A stretch of DNA of 64,000 bases from Vulcanimicrobiota bacterium (lineage in GTDB: Bacteria; Vulcanimicrobiota; Vulcanimicrobiia; Eremiobacterales; Eremiobacteraceae): NCBI GenBank assembly GCA_963812135.1, contig CAWETU010000001.1, positions 1,280,001 through 1,344,000 of the forward strand, written 5' to 3'. This document shows positions 10,298-20,381 of the stretch, in pieces; the stretch's first letter is position 1; every line of letters starts with the position of its first letter. The position numbers were made by a program, and so were the translations under genes. A model generated the notes under the pieces. The model made no database searches, had not been told where the DNA came from, and worked only from the letters and a program-made list of their open reading frames with translations.

Positions 10298-10451
10298 AAC
10301 CGATCATGGCGAGCGCGATTCCCCGCACCCGATCGCCTATTAGGCCCCACGGCCGATTGTTTGGCAGTCGATAGTCACAACAACGTCTATGTCCTTAGGA
10401 CTGACTCGACGAAACCCGGCAGCCCGTCGTTATGAGAAAGGCTTAGGCGTC

Positions 10452-10979
10452 ATGGCTAGACATCTGCTTGCGACGACGGCGCTCGCGCTGACCGTCGCTC
10501 TCTTCAGCGTTGGCGCGTCTGAGCCGGTCCGACCCATCGATCAATTGAGTTGGCTTGTGGGCGGCGTTTGGACAGCCCAACCACCCGCATCGACCGACGG
10601 CCCGCAGCGCATCGATGTGCGCTACGAATGGCCACCGAATCACAGCTTTGTCCGCTTCACCACGCAATTCGTGATGGCCAACGGCTCGAACGCTGGGTAC
10701 GCGGGCGACCTGTTTTACGATCCTGCTGACAAGGCTCTGAAGATATGGTACATGGATGAGCACAACGCGATAACGCAAGGCCCGATGAGCGTCAGCGGCG
10801 ACAAATGAACGATCTCATTCCGCGACTCGGGAGATATCGTCGGCGTCACGGGACCCGTCGATTATCGAGTGGATATCGTCCGCACAGCACCTGACACGTA
10901 CCAGTGGACGCTTTTCGCAAACGTCGCGCAGACTTGGAAGAGGGTGTTCGCGCTCGTGTACCAGCGCTCCCAAGCATAG
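10452..10979 (+). pseudogene. Secreted hypothetical protein interrupted by in-frame TGA (10806-10808)
   Basis: LSWLVGGVW...SGDK*TISFRD...LVYQRSQA reads on in frame. Confidence 0.6.
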
Positions 10980-11032
10980 CTGGGACGTAGGTAAGAATTC
11001 GGGGACCGCGAAAAGCCGCTACAATGGCGCGT

Positions 11033-11109
11033 GGCGCTGTAGCTCAGTTGGTTAGAGCGCCTGCCTGTCACGCAGGAGGTCGTCGGTTCGAGCCCGATCA
11101 GCGTCGCCA
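11033..11109 (+). tRNA. tRNA-Asp(GTC)
   Basis: Full cloverleaf, anticodon arm CCTGC-CTGTCAC-GCAGG, encoded CCA; TACAAT -10 at 11020-11025. Confidence 0.97.
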
Positions 11110-11113
11110 CTTG

Positions 11114-11145
11114 AAACCCGCGTAGCATAAGGCTTCGCGGGTTTT
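11114..11145 (+). terminator. Intrinsic terminator-like hairpin after tRNA-Asp
   Basis: AAACCCGCG...CGCGGGTTTT. Confidence 0.7.
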
Positions 11146-11511
11146 CTTATCCTCGGATGCAGATCAGCGGATTGGGTTTTGACAGCCTAATGACAGCCCA
11201 TAGTGCGTTCCGAGCTCGGAATGCCGCGGTTTTCAGCGCTTCGAGTCAGCACACAGCTTGGCGAGGGAGCGGAGGGCGGAGGGATCATCTTGTGACAAGA
11301 CCGCGTTTTGCGGCGCTGCTCGTCTTCGTTTAACGGGGCAAGCTTGAGGCGATTTCGTAGCTTCCTCCCGGGAATTCAGCCACGATGCCTAGCCGTCCGT
11401 GGAAACGTCGCGCGGTGCGCGCGATAGCAGAGTTCCGCGAGAAACTCGACGAACCGGTCCAAGCGTGCTCTCAAGGTAACCCATCACCCGTCTAACCAGG
11501 TCGTCACGTTT

Positions 11512-13950
11512 ATGGATAAAAACGTCAGAGCCAGCGACTTAGCCGAGACGAATCTTTCGCCTCGCGAGCGTGAAGTTGCCGAACTGGTCGCCCACGGCAA
11601 GTCGAATCGCGCGATCGCCGAGACGCTCTTTTTGAGCGAGCGTACCGTCGAGACTCACGTCAGTTCGATCCTCAGCAAATTGAGCTTCCACTCGCGCGTG
11701 GAGCTCTTGGCCGCAGTTCTTCAAGGCGACGCCAACGTCGATTCGCTGGCCGGTCGGCATCATGTGCCTTCGAACAATCTTCCGATTCAGCTCACGAGCC
11801 TTCTCGGACGCGAGCATGACATCGACGATGTCAAGTCGCTGCTTGGACAGCACAACCTCGTGACAGTGTCGGGCGCCGGCGGCGTCGGCAAGACACGGCT
11901 CGCGCTGCGAGTCGGGGCCGACGTTCTCGACCACTACAGCGACGGCGTGTGGTTTGTCGACCTTGCGCCCATCAGCGACCCGGAGTTGGTCTCAAGTGTC
12001 ATTGCTCGAGTGCTTGGCATGAGTCAGCAGGAGGATCGCAGAGTCGATCCATCGATTCCGCGATGGCTCAAGAATAAGCAGTTGCTGCTCATCCTGGACA
12101 ACTGCGAACATCTCCTCGGGGCGGTCGTGAGCATTGCAGAGAATATCGCGCGGTCGTGCACAAAGGTGCGAATGCTCGCCACCTCGCGACAGGCGCTTGA
12201 CATCGGCGGCGAGGTGGTGTATCGGTTGCCGTCACTGACCACTCCCGATAAGGCCGTGATCGTGCAGGCAGCCGAAGCGCCGCAATACGCCGCCATCGCG
12301 CTCTTCGTCGACCGAGCGAAGGCCGCCGACAATCACTTTGCGCTCACCGATGAAACTGCGCCAACCGTTGCCGACATCTGCCGCCGCTTAGACGGAATCC
12401 CGCTGGCGATCGAGCTAGCCGCGGCCCGCGTGAAGGTGCTCTCCATCCCAAATATCGCGCGCCGCTTGAACGACCGCTTTAAGGTCCTCACCGGCGGCAG
12501 CCGCACTGCGGTACCGAGACAGAAGACGCTCGGCGCGCTCATCGACTGGAGTTATGATCTGCTCGATGCCGACGAGCAAGCGCTCTTCAAGCGCCTTGGC
12601 ATCTTTGCCGGCGGTTTCAGCTTGGCTGCGGTGGCGGCAGTTCATGCTGGCGATGATCTCGACGAGACCGGCATCGTGGACCTGCTCTCATCGTTGACCG
12701 ACAAGTCGCTAGTCGTAGCGGATACGAGCGGGGAGCAGGAACGTTACCGGTTGCTTGAATCCACCCGCGCCTATGCTTTGGAAAAACTTGACGCTACCGG
12801 CGAACGCGAGCAACTCGCTCGCCGTCATAGCGACTACTTTCGCGCCGAAGCGGAGGCGGCTGACAAGCGATTCGGTACTGGCTCGACCGGCGCGTGGCTT
12901 ACGGTCGTCGAGCTCGAACTCGACAACTACCGCGCGACGCTTGAGTGGGCGCTCACAAACGGACATGATGTGGCGCTCGGTGGCGAGCTCGCCGGCGCGT
13001 TGGAACATCTCTGGTTTGACGGCGGACTCCTGGGCGAAGGGCGCTATTGGATCGGTCTTGCGCAAGCCGAACTTGACGAGGTCGAGCAACCTCGCGTGGC
13101 GGCCCGTCTTTGGCGTGCATCAGCCCGGCTGTCCGGTGGTAAGCGACGGCACGCGTGCGCGGAGCGGGCTCTGACGCTATATCAATCGATAGGAGATGAC
13201 GACGGGGCGACCTGGGCGCTGCTCGATCTTGTGCACGGTCTGCTCGACCTCGGCCGCATTGAGCAGGCTGATGAGGCGAACTCACGCGCGCTAACGGCCG
13301 CACGCGAGCAGGGAAATAAATGGGGCTTGGCGTTGTCCCTGCTTCACCAAGCTGGCATCGATGAATCTCGCGGTGATTTTGCGGCAGCGCGTTTGTCGTA
13401 TGTTCAGGCGCTTGAGACATTCGAAGCCATCGGAGACGAAGCTGGGATCGCGTGGGTTTTAGCGGACCACTCTGAGCTAGAATTCGAAGATGGTCGCGTT
13501 GAACAGGCGCTGCGCCTGGTGCGCGAGGCCATCGATATCGACGCGCGTGGCAAGAATGTATCGCACCTAGCTCTTGACCACAGCGAAAAAACGGTATTCT
13601 GCATTGCGCTCGGAGATCTCACAGCAGCGCGTGAAGCTGCACGCGAAGCACTGCGCTGGGCGCTGAAAGCTCACTCCGTGCTTCTCATGCTCGCGCTGCA
13701 GCACTTCGCGCTGCTTGGAGCGCTCGGCGGACAAATATCGAGTGCAGCACGCCTTATCGGATACGTCAACGCGAACTACGAGGAACTCGAGCTCCAGCGT
13801 GCGAGCATCGGGGCCGCCGGCATGTGGGGCCTCGAGAAGCTCATGGCAACGCTGCGCGAGCATCTCAGCGACGCCGAGATAGATGAACTCGCGGCCGAAG
13901 GCGCGGCTTGGTCCGAGGATCGCACGCTCGAAGCAGCGCTCGAGATGTGA
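11512..13950 (+). CDS. LuxR-HTH + STAND/NB-ARC ATPase + TPR regulator
   Basis: LSPREREVAELVAHGKSNRAIA; GAGGVGKT; LLILDNCEH; LDGIPLAIELAAAR. Confidence 0.9.
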   Translation: MDKNVRASDLAETNLSPREREVAELVAHGKSNRAIAETLFLSERTVETHVSSILSKLSFHSRVELLAAVLQGDANVDSLAGRHHVPSNNLPIQLTSLLGREHDIDDVKSLLGQHNLVTVSGAGGVGKTRLALRVGADVLDHYSDGVWFVDLAPISDPELVSSVIARVLGMSQQEDRRVDPSIPRWLKNKQLLLILDNCEHLLGAVVSIAENIARSCTKVRMLATSRQALDIGGEVVYRLPSLTTPDKAVIVQAAEAPQYAAIALFVDRAKAADNHFALTDETAPTVADICRRLDGIPLAIELAAARVKVLSIPNIARRLNDRFKVLTGGSRTAVPRQKTLGALIDWSYDLLDADEQALFKRLGIFAGGFSLAAVAAVHAGDDLDETGIVDLLSSLTDKSLVVADTSGEQERYRLLESTRAYALEKLDATGEREQLARRHSDYFRAEAEAADKRFGTGSTGAWLTVVELELDNYRATLEWALTNGHDVALGGELAGALEHLWFDGGLLGEGRYWIGLAQAELDEVEQPRVAARLWRASARLSGGKRRHACAERALTLYQSIGDDDGATWALLDLVHGLLDLGRIEQADEANSRALTAAREQGNKWGLALSLLHQAGIDESRGDFAAARLSYVQALETFEAIGDEAGIAWVLADHSELEFEDGRVEQALRLVREAIDIDARGKNVSHLALDHSEKTVFCIALGDLTAAREAAREALRWALKAHSVLLMLALQHFALLGALGGQISSAARLIGYVNANYEELELQRASIGAAGMWGLEKLMATLREHLSDAEIDELAAEGAAWSEDRTLEAALEM

Positions 13951-13953
13951 GTA

Positions 13954-14379
13954 CTAATGTTGGCGTCTGTCTATGGGCGCCCCGTGTGCGACTGCAAGCT
14001 GGAGCGGGGAGCCGGTGAGGTAGATCGCCGTCGCAACAAAGCCGCCCACGGGCCAGGCCACGACGCTAGTTGCCAAACGCGCCACAAGATACGCGGCGCC
14101 GATTGCAAGACCGACGGAGAACAGGTGTAATGCACCCCACACTACCGCGCGCGGTGGATGAACAATCGTGGTTTCATGCGATCCGGCGAAAGCCAGCAAC
14201 CCGACAGTCGCGTACGCCGCGACTGCGCCGAGCAGGAACAGCAGCGCTTCGCTCGCGCTCGGGACGCCGTGCGCGTGCGTCAGGACCGCTCCGGAAGTCC
14301 AAACCGTTAGCGTGTAGCCGTACGGAGCCGCGCTCGCGACCACCGTCGCGCGCACGGCAGATTTATAGCGCTCCCACAC
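13954..14379 (-). CDS. Small membrane protein, hypothetical
   Basis: Four hydrophobic segments, PYGYTLTVW. Confidence 0.6.
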   Translation of the reverse strand: MWERYKSAVRATVVASAAPYGYTLTVWTSGAVLTHAHGVPSASEALLFLLGAVAAYATVGLLAFAGSHETTIVHPPRAVVWGALHLFSVGLAIGAAYLVARLATSVVAWPVGGFVATAIYLTGSPLQLAVAHGAPIDRRQH

Positions 14380-15330
14380 TACGACCGCGCTCCGTTGGCG
14401 TCGAGAACACTGCGCACATCAAACTGGCGTCGCAACACCCACGAAAACGTGGGCCGAAAGACCAGCCTTAAGACCAGGTTCTGCACCGCAACACCAAACG
14501 ATGTGCTCGGCAGGAACGATTTCGCGAACGAACGCGCGGCTTTTTGTTGCGACTCGACATATGGTCGGAGCTGCCGCTCATAACGTGCGAACGCTGCCTC
14601 CGGGGATGATTCCTCTCCTAGACACTGAGCGAGGATGTATGCTCCGCCCATGGCAAGGGATGCGCCTTGACCAGCGTCGGGCAGTCGCACGCATCGCCCA
14701 CGAGCGCCACGCGCCCTTCATGCCAGCGCGGGATTTGAATTTGCGCCACCGTGTCCATGAACACGTCGTCGCCGTCGGGCGCATCGTCGAGAAGGTCGCG
14801 CGTTATCCAGCCGACCCCCTCAAATTCGCGCTGCAACCGAGGTACGCGTTCCGCCCGAGGGACGTGCAAGCGATCGGTCGTCTCGAACATGAAGAAAGCA
14901 AACGCGCTACCCGGAGCATCACCCGCATAGAGTCCGACCATATGCCCAGGCTCGAGATACATCGTCCAGGTCGGCCCGAGCTGATATCGATCGGATACTC
15001 GGTAACTCGCTACGCAATATCCTAGGGGCCACAAAAACGCGTCCTCCCCGCCGAAGACAAGCGCGCGCACGCTTGAATGGATGCCGTCAGCGCCGACGAG
15101 CACGTCGCATGACAGTTGCGATCCGTCGTCGAGCTTTACGTGCACCCCTTTGTCGTCGGATTCGAGTGCGGTGATCGTCGTATCGAATCGGACGTCGCTC
15201 TGGTCCTTGACCGCGTCGAAGAGCACGCTTTCAAGCGTTTGATGCATGAGCGCCATGTAGCGTCCACCCAAGATCGCTCGGATGCGGTCGATGGATAGCG
15301 ACGCAATAGGCTTTCCATTCTTGCCGACGG
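14379..15330 (-). pseudogene. FAD-dependent monooxygenase, 5'-truncated and frameshifted near 14670
   Basis: LVGADGIHSSVR, RVALVGDAC, then GQGASLAM in another frame; no N-terminal GxGxxG. Confidence 0.8.
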
Positions 15331-15640
15331 GTGTTACCGCGGAGTTACTTGCAACGCTTGACCTTGGCCCTGAGATCGAGGGTATGGCAGGGCGCCAACT
15401 TCGAATGCGTATGGTGACTTTCGAGCCGGGAGGCGTCTTCGGACCGATTCACGACCATAAAGACAGACCAGGCATCGTCTACATACTGCAAGGAACGATC
15501 ACTGACCATCGAAACGGAGTCGCTACGGACTATGGGCGGGGAGTGGGCTGGCCCGAGGATAGGAGCACCACACACTCGCTCGAGAACAGAGGAACGATTC
15601 CGGCGGTGGAGATCTCGGTCGATATAGTCAGGCGGCACCC
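15327..15640 (+). pseudogene. Cupin-domain gene fragment ending at the att repeat
   Basis: RMRMVTFEPGG..HDHKDRPG..HSLEN; no native start, runs into the tRNA repeat. Confidence 0.7.
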
Positions 15641-15718
15641 CTGTCACGCAGGAGGTCGTCGGTTCGAGCCCGATCAGCGTCGCCACTTGAAACCCGCGTA
15701 GCATAAGGCTTCGCGGGT
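15640..15718 (+). repeat. att copy: 79-bp direct repeat of 11064-11142 (tRNA-Asp 3' half plus hairpin)
   Basis: Exact match by eye. Confidence 0.95.
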
Positions 15719-15841
15719 CTCTTCTTGATTTTGCCGTTTTAGGCTTGACACCAATTGGAGATTGGCGACCCACGGTGCCGACGTTACGTAGCCCCTATCG
15801 TCTGTCAATTGGGTACAAAAGGACCGCATAGAAGGCTTGCG

Positions 15842-16564
15842 CTAACCGGTCACCAACCGCGCAATGAGAAACGCCACGGTCGCGGCGACGCCGCCGATAA
15901 TGACCGTCTGAACCGCGCTGCGAAACCAGGTCACACCCGTCAATGCACCCTTCACTGCACCAAAAGTGAAAAGAGCGAGAAGTGTAACAAGTGATGAGAC
16001 GTATAGAGCCTGTCTTGAATCTTGGACCAACATATAGGGCAGTAGCGGCACCAATCCACCGACCACGTATGCGCCGCCTATGGTGAGCGCGCTCATCGGG
16101 GCCCTCTTTCGATCGGGCTCCTCGAGACCCAGCTCGAATCGCATCATGAAGTCGACCCAGCGTTGTCGGTCGGCGCTAAGACGGGTAGCGGCGTTGCGCG
16201 CATCCTCGTCGTTCAACCCGTACTCACGAAAAATGCTGACGACCTCGGCCTTTTCAGCCTGCGGCATCTCCTCGACTTCCCGTAGCTCGCGACGCTTCTC
16301 GCTTTCGAAATGCTCGACGTCGGTGCGGGCCGCGAGATAACCGCCAAGACCCATCGATATCCCGCCTGCCGCCAACTCCGCGATGCCGGCGGTTACAACG
16401 ATGTGCGAAGCGGCGATCGCCCCAGTGATCCCAGCAGCGAGCGCGAAGGGCACGGTCAGACCGTCCGACATGCCAATGACCACGTCGCGAACAGCTGCGG
16501 ATGCTTTGGAGTGTCTTTCTACGTGTTGGGGCTGCGGCGTGCTGCGCGGAATTCGTGCGCTCAT
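15842..16564 (-). CDS. VIT1/CCC1 iron/manganese transporter
   Basis: VRDVVIGMSDGLTVPFAL, ISMGLGGYLA, FMMRFELGL. Confidence 0.92.
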   Translation of the reverse strand: MSARIPRSTPQPQHVERHSKASAAVRDVVIGMSDGLTVPFALAAGITGAIAASHIVVTAGIAELAAGGISMGLGGYLAARTDVEHFESEKRRELREVEEMPQAEKAEVVSIFREYGLNDEDARNAATRLSADRQRWVDFMMRFELGLEEPDRKRAPMSALTIGGAYVVGGLVPLLPYMLVQDSRQALYVSSLVTLLALFTFGAVKGALTGVTWFRSAVQTVIIGGVAATVAFLIARLVTG

Positions 16565-16613
16565 ATCCTACGATGCCTCTGTTTCCTGTTCAGCGGGTTA
16601 CGCGATTCGGAGC

Positions 16614-17864
16614 TCAGTGGGCTTGGACGAACGCGAATCCTATCCAGGCCGCCAACAGCATGAGCACAAGCCCCGGGATGACCTGCAGCGCAAAGCGGGA
16701 GCCGCCGATCCAAGCGGCGATGATAGCTTTCGTCACAGCATTGGTGGTCAGGCCTGCAAGAATGGGAATCGCGGCCTCCGGCGCTGTGATCCTATCGGCG
16801 GCCACGAGAGAAGCCACGGACACGGCCGCGGAATGAGTATCGGCGAAGCCTGCGATCGCTGCGGCGGCGATCAGTCCTTTTTCGCCGAACCACGCGTTGA
16901 GTGCCGCCGAGACGACGACGACGACGGTGATCGTCGTTGCCAAAGCAAGCGCGGTCCAAAGATTGAACGGCCGCCCCAGTCGCTTCAGGTCGGGCGTTTC
17001 GTGGCGGATGCTCGTGATCGTCAGCAGCGTTCCGTAAGCGATTGCCGCTATGCCGGCGGCGATCAGCGGAACACGCAATTCGAGAAAGGTGGGCTCGCTA
17101 ACCGCGGCCAGCACTATCCCCATCAGCACAACGGTAGCAACACTTGAAAGGACGGCGCCTGCAACGGCTGACCGCGCGACCGAAGGTTCCTTTGCGGCTA
17201 GGGCGCCCATCGCGCCGATCGTGGCCGAGCTCGAGACAAAGCCTGACGCAAGACCGGCAAGAGGAAGCCCGAAACGGGTGCCAAGCAGCCGAACCGCGAC
17301 GTATCCAGCGGCGCTGATCGACATCATGAGGATGACGATCATCCAGACAGTGCGGGGATTTATCGAATCAAAGGGCCCAAGATATCGGTTCGGGACAAGG
17401 GGCAACACGACCAGAACCGCAGCTGCGAAGATGAGTCCGTCCGTCAGCTCTTCTTCGCTTAACACGTTGCGGACGAAGCGATGCAGACTTGTCCGAGCAG
17501 CCAATAGGATCGTCACCACAACGGCGACGCCTGCGGCGATCGCGGTATCCTGCTGGGCCAGCGCGCCTAAGAGAACGGTCAGCAAAAGCGCTGCTTCTGA
17601 TGTGACGCCGGGATCTCTGTCGTGACTTCGCAGATAGGCCATGGCACAGAGGCTAGCGGTTGCAAGCATCGTGACGGCTAGCAGTACATAGCCGCCCAGC
17701 ATGAAACTCACGCCCCCAAGGAGTGCCGCCACCGCGAACGTTCTGATCCCCGCCGCAGAGCGCCCCGGAGACTCCGTCTTTCGGCGCTCACGTTCGGCGC
17801 CGATCAGCAGGCCGATGGCGAGCGCGCTGCCCAGCCGGAATACCGGCTCGTCTGTGATCACCAC
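16614..17864 (-). CDS. MgtC/SapB-DUF4010 family membrane protein
   Basis: GLLIGAERE, AGIRTF, GFVSSSAT. Confidence 0.85.
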   Translation of the reverse strand: MVITDEPVFRLGSALAIGLLIGAERERRKTESPGRSAAGIRTFAVAALLGGVSFMLGGYVLLAVTMLATASLCAMAYLRSHDRDPGVTSEAALLLTVLLGALAQQDTAIAAGVAVVVTILLAARTSLHRFVRNVLSEEELTDGLIFAAAVLVVLPLVPNRYLGPFDSINPRTVWMIVILMMSISAAGYVAVRLLGTRFGLPLAGLASGFVSSSATIGAMGALAAKEPSVARSAVAGAVLSSVATVVLMGIVLAAVSEPTFLELRVPLIAAGIAAIAYGTLLTITSIRHETPDLKRLGRPFNLWTALALATTITVVVVVSAALNAWFGEKGLIAAAAIAGFADTHSAAVSVASLVAADRITAPEAAIPILAGLTTNAVTKAIIAAWIGGSRFALQVIPGLVLMLLAAWIGFAFVQAH

Positions 17865-17982
17865 GTGCGATTCAACCTACAGGGCGATAAAGAGAACTGC
17901 GCCCACAGTTACGAAATTCTTGCCTCGTGAAAGCAGTGTGTTTCGGGGAGGGTCGGGGTCCCTGCCGTCTGAGGGGACCGAT

Positions 17983-19134
17983 ATGCAGGCGTCGTCGCTC
18001 GTGAGCGCGCGTTTGGGGACCGCGCTCCAGGTGCTCGCGGTGATCGTGCTCGCTGCAGTCATCCTCATCGGTTTCATCCACCTCCTTGGGCGGCTGCACA
18101 CTTTGACGACGATTGTCATCGGCGCTATATGCTTGTGCTACGTGATGGTGCCGGGGGTGCGGCGTCTCAACGAGCGTCTACCGATGTGGGCGTCCATAGC
18201 CATCGTCTATGCGGCGGTCATCGTGATCGTCGTCTCGTCGATCGCATTTATCGTGCCGGCGGTCAGTGGTGACGTCAAGCAGTTCGTCCAGGACGCGCCC
18301 GGGATCGCCCGCGACGCGCAAACCACGCTCTCCGATCCCACTAGTCCGATCGGGGCACGGCTGCCGCCTTTCATCAGAGATTATATCGCGGGACTGCCGA
18401 CGGAGTTCGTCACGCTCGTAGATCGCTACGGCGCCGACGTCGCGAAGAGCTTCTTCGGTGTGTTCATGTCCGCGATATCAATTCTTGCGCTCTTCGTGGT
18501 CGTCCCGATCGTGGCGATCTATCTCATGATCGAGAGCGACTCGATGCATCGTGGGATCGTCAGCTTGATCCCTCCCTCTGCAAGGCCCAAGGCGCTGGCG
18601 ATCCTCGATGGCATCAATGCAGTTCTCGGTGGATTCATCCGAGGCCAATTGCTCGTCGCGCTCATCGTCGGCACGTTGACCGCTGTCATGTTGACGCTTC
18701 TCCACGTTCGTTTCGCGATCTTGATCGGCCTTATTGCGGGCCTTCTCAATGTGATCCCCTATGTCGGCGCGTTCGCCGGTGCAGCGCCTGCAGTGCTGAT
18801 CGCGCTTATCACCAGTGGTCCGTTGAATACGCTCTTCGTGATCATCGGATTCGTCATCATCAATCAGCTCGAAGGACATCTCATCGCACCAAACGTCGTC
18901 GGTCCAAGCGTCGGCCTCTCGCCGCTGGCGGTGATCATCGCGTTGCTCGCGGGCGGCGAACTCTTCGGACTGCTGGGCCTGCTCGTCGCGGTGCCGGTCG
19001 CTGGCATCATAAAGGTGGTATTCGTCACCCTCGTTCCGCGATATGCGCCCCTCGAATCCGCGCCAGCGCCGCCGGCCAGCGGCAGCCCGCCACCGGGGGC
19101 AGTTACCGATGACGAGGCAGGCTGGTCTGGATGA
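17983..19134 (+). CDS. AI-2E family transporter
   Basis: GGFIRGQLLV, NVIPYVG, NQLEGHLIAP, GLLGLLVAVP. Confidence 0.9.
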   Translation: MQASSLVSARLGTALQVLAVIVLAAVILIGFIHLLGRLHTLTTIVIGAICLCYVMVPGVRRLNERLPMWASIAIVYAAVIVIVVSSIAFIVPAVSGDVKQFVQDAPGIARDAQTTLSDPTSPIGARLPPFIRDYIAGLPTEFVTLVDRYGADVAKSFFGVFMSAISILALFVVVPIVAIYLMIESDSMHRGIVSLIPPSARPKALAILDGINAVLGGFIRGQLLVALIVGTLTAVMLTLLHVRFAILIGLIAGLLNVIPYVGAFAGAAPAVLIALITSGPLNTLFVIIGFVIINQLEGHLIAPNVVGPSVGLSPLAVIIALLAGGELFGLLGLLVAVPVAGIIKVVFVTLVPRYAPLESAPAPPASGSPPPGAVTDDEAGWSG

Positions 19135-19282
19135 AAGCGAACGCGCACCGCTTCTACGCTCACGTCAAGGTCAACGAGATATGCTTACGCGAGCTTATGG
19201 CGCTATGGACTGAGCGCTTGTCCGGTTGGCAGGAGCCAAGCTGAGGGCAAGATTCCCGCGTAGAATCTCTCTCCAAACCTTA

Positions 19283-19311
19283 TTGACCCGCATATCGATA
19301 CATGATACACT
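19283..19311 (+). promoter_or_regulatory. Sigma70 promoter of higBA-1 (probably leaderless)
   Basis: TTGACC-17 nt-TACACT with TG extension; GTG start 7 nt downstream. Confidence 0.7.
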
Positions 19312-19317
19312 TTCATC

Positions 19318-19605
19318 GTGGGGTGCTTCGCCGACCGCGGCACCGAGGACCTAGCAAACGGTTTCGATACTAAAGCTGCCCGGGCTTCATGCCCCAAGGC
19401 AATTTGGCCAGTTGCGAGACGGAAGCTTGACATGGTCATTTATGCGGGAGGTCTTGGAGATCTGCGTTCGCCTGGCAACCAACTCGAAGCTCTGAAAGGG
19501 GATCGACCCAGCCAACACAGCATTCGCGTGAACAAGCGGTATCGTGTATGCTTCGTTTGGTCCGATCAAGGAGCACAAGAAATTGAAATCGTCGACTATC
19601 ATTAG
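19318..19605 (+). CDS. higB: HigB (RelE/ParE superfamily) toxin
   Basis: ARRKLDM, PGNQLEALKGDR, HSIRVNKRYRVCFVW, EIVDYH. Confidence 0.88.
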   Translation: MGCFADRGTEDLANGFDTKAARASCPKAIWPVARRKLDMVIYAGGLGDLRSPGNQLEALKGDRPSQHSIRVNKRYRVCFVWSDQGAQEIEIVDYH

Positions 19606-19612
19606 AACCGAT

Positions 19613-19921
19613 ATTTTCGTTCCATCTGCGCGGCGACCCACAAGCCCCGGCACCATGCTGGTCGAGGAGTTCATGAAGCCTCTGGGGCTCACGCAGCAGG
19701 CTCTCGCGGATGCCATGGCTGTTACGCGGGTCCGTGTCAATGAAATCGTCAACGGCCGGCGTGGTATTACGGCCGACACGGCGCTGCGACTGGCAAGGGC
19801 GCTGGGTACCTCCGTTGACCTCTGGCTCAGGCTTCAGCTCGCATGTGATCTCTTCGACGCACTTCACTCGCCAAAAGCGAAAGCCATCGCCAAGGTTCGA
19901 CGGATCATCCCAGCCGCTTGA
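19613..19921 (+). CDS. higA: HigA antitoxin (start uncertain: ATT 19613 or ATG 19655)
   Basis: RPTSPGTML.EEFMKPLGLTQ, NEIVNGRRGITADTALRLA. Confidence 0.85.
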   Translation: MFVPSARRPTSPGTMLVEEFMKPLGLTQQALADAMAVTRVRVNEIVNGRRGITADTALRLARALGTSVDLWLRLQLACDLFDALHSPKAKAIAKVRRIIPAA

Positions 19922-20081
19922 GCTTTGATCTGACGGCATGTGGCTTAATGTGGCTTAGCGCCCAAAGAAACGCGGGCGAATGTCGGCGAACAGCCGTTAA
20001 CAGTAGAGCGAGGATCCAGGGGCTGTGCCGAAATTCTTCGGCGGACGCTCGGGGAAACTGGAGGACAGGCCGAAAACGCCC

Positions 20082-20253
20082 GTCACGCAGGAGGTCGTCG
20101 GTTCGAGCCCGATCAGCGTCGTCACTTGAACCCGCATCGCGTAAAGCGTTGCGGGTTTTTTCTTGACTTTAGCGTTTCAGGCTTGACACCAATTTTGACA
20201 CCAAATGGAAGATTGGCGACCCTCGCTGCCGTCGTTACGTAGCTCCTGTCGTC
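20082..20253 (+). repeat. att copy (tRNA-Asp 3' half) with hairpin, TTGACACCAA x2 and a flank homologous to about 15724-15803
   Basis: gtcacgcaggaggtcgtcggttcgagcccgatcagcgtcgtca. Confidence 0.92.
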
Positions 20254-20271
20254 CGGCATGGCTGAGCGCTC

Positions 20272-20323
20272 GAGCGTTGGCTGAGTCAGAATGTCGTTGG
20301 TTCGAGTCCAACTCGGGGAGCCA
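20272..20323 (+). pseudogene. Degenerate 3' fragment of a different tRNA (Asn-like)
   Basis: T-arm GTTGG-TTCGAGT-CCAAC and end CGGGGAGCCA; anticodon and 5' half missing. Confidence 0.6.
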
Positions 20324-20324
20324 C

Positions 20325-20370
20325 TAAAAAAGTAAACCCTCTGCGCAAAGCGTGCGGGTCTACTTTTTTG
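20325..20370. terminator. Bidirectional terminator-like hairpin
   Basis: AAAAAAGTA...TACTTTTTT. Confidence 0.6.
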
Positions 20371-20381
20371 CTAGACGTTGG

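Noticed and set aside
15640..15685. Additional functional tRNA-Asp genes at the repeat copies
   Set aside because: All copies lack the 5' acceptor strand and D-arm.
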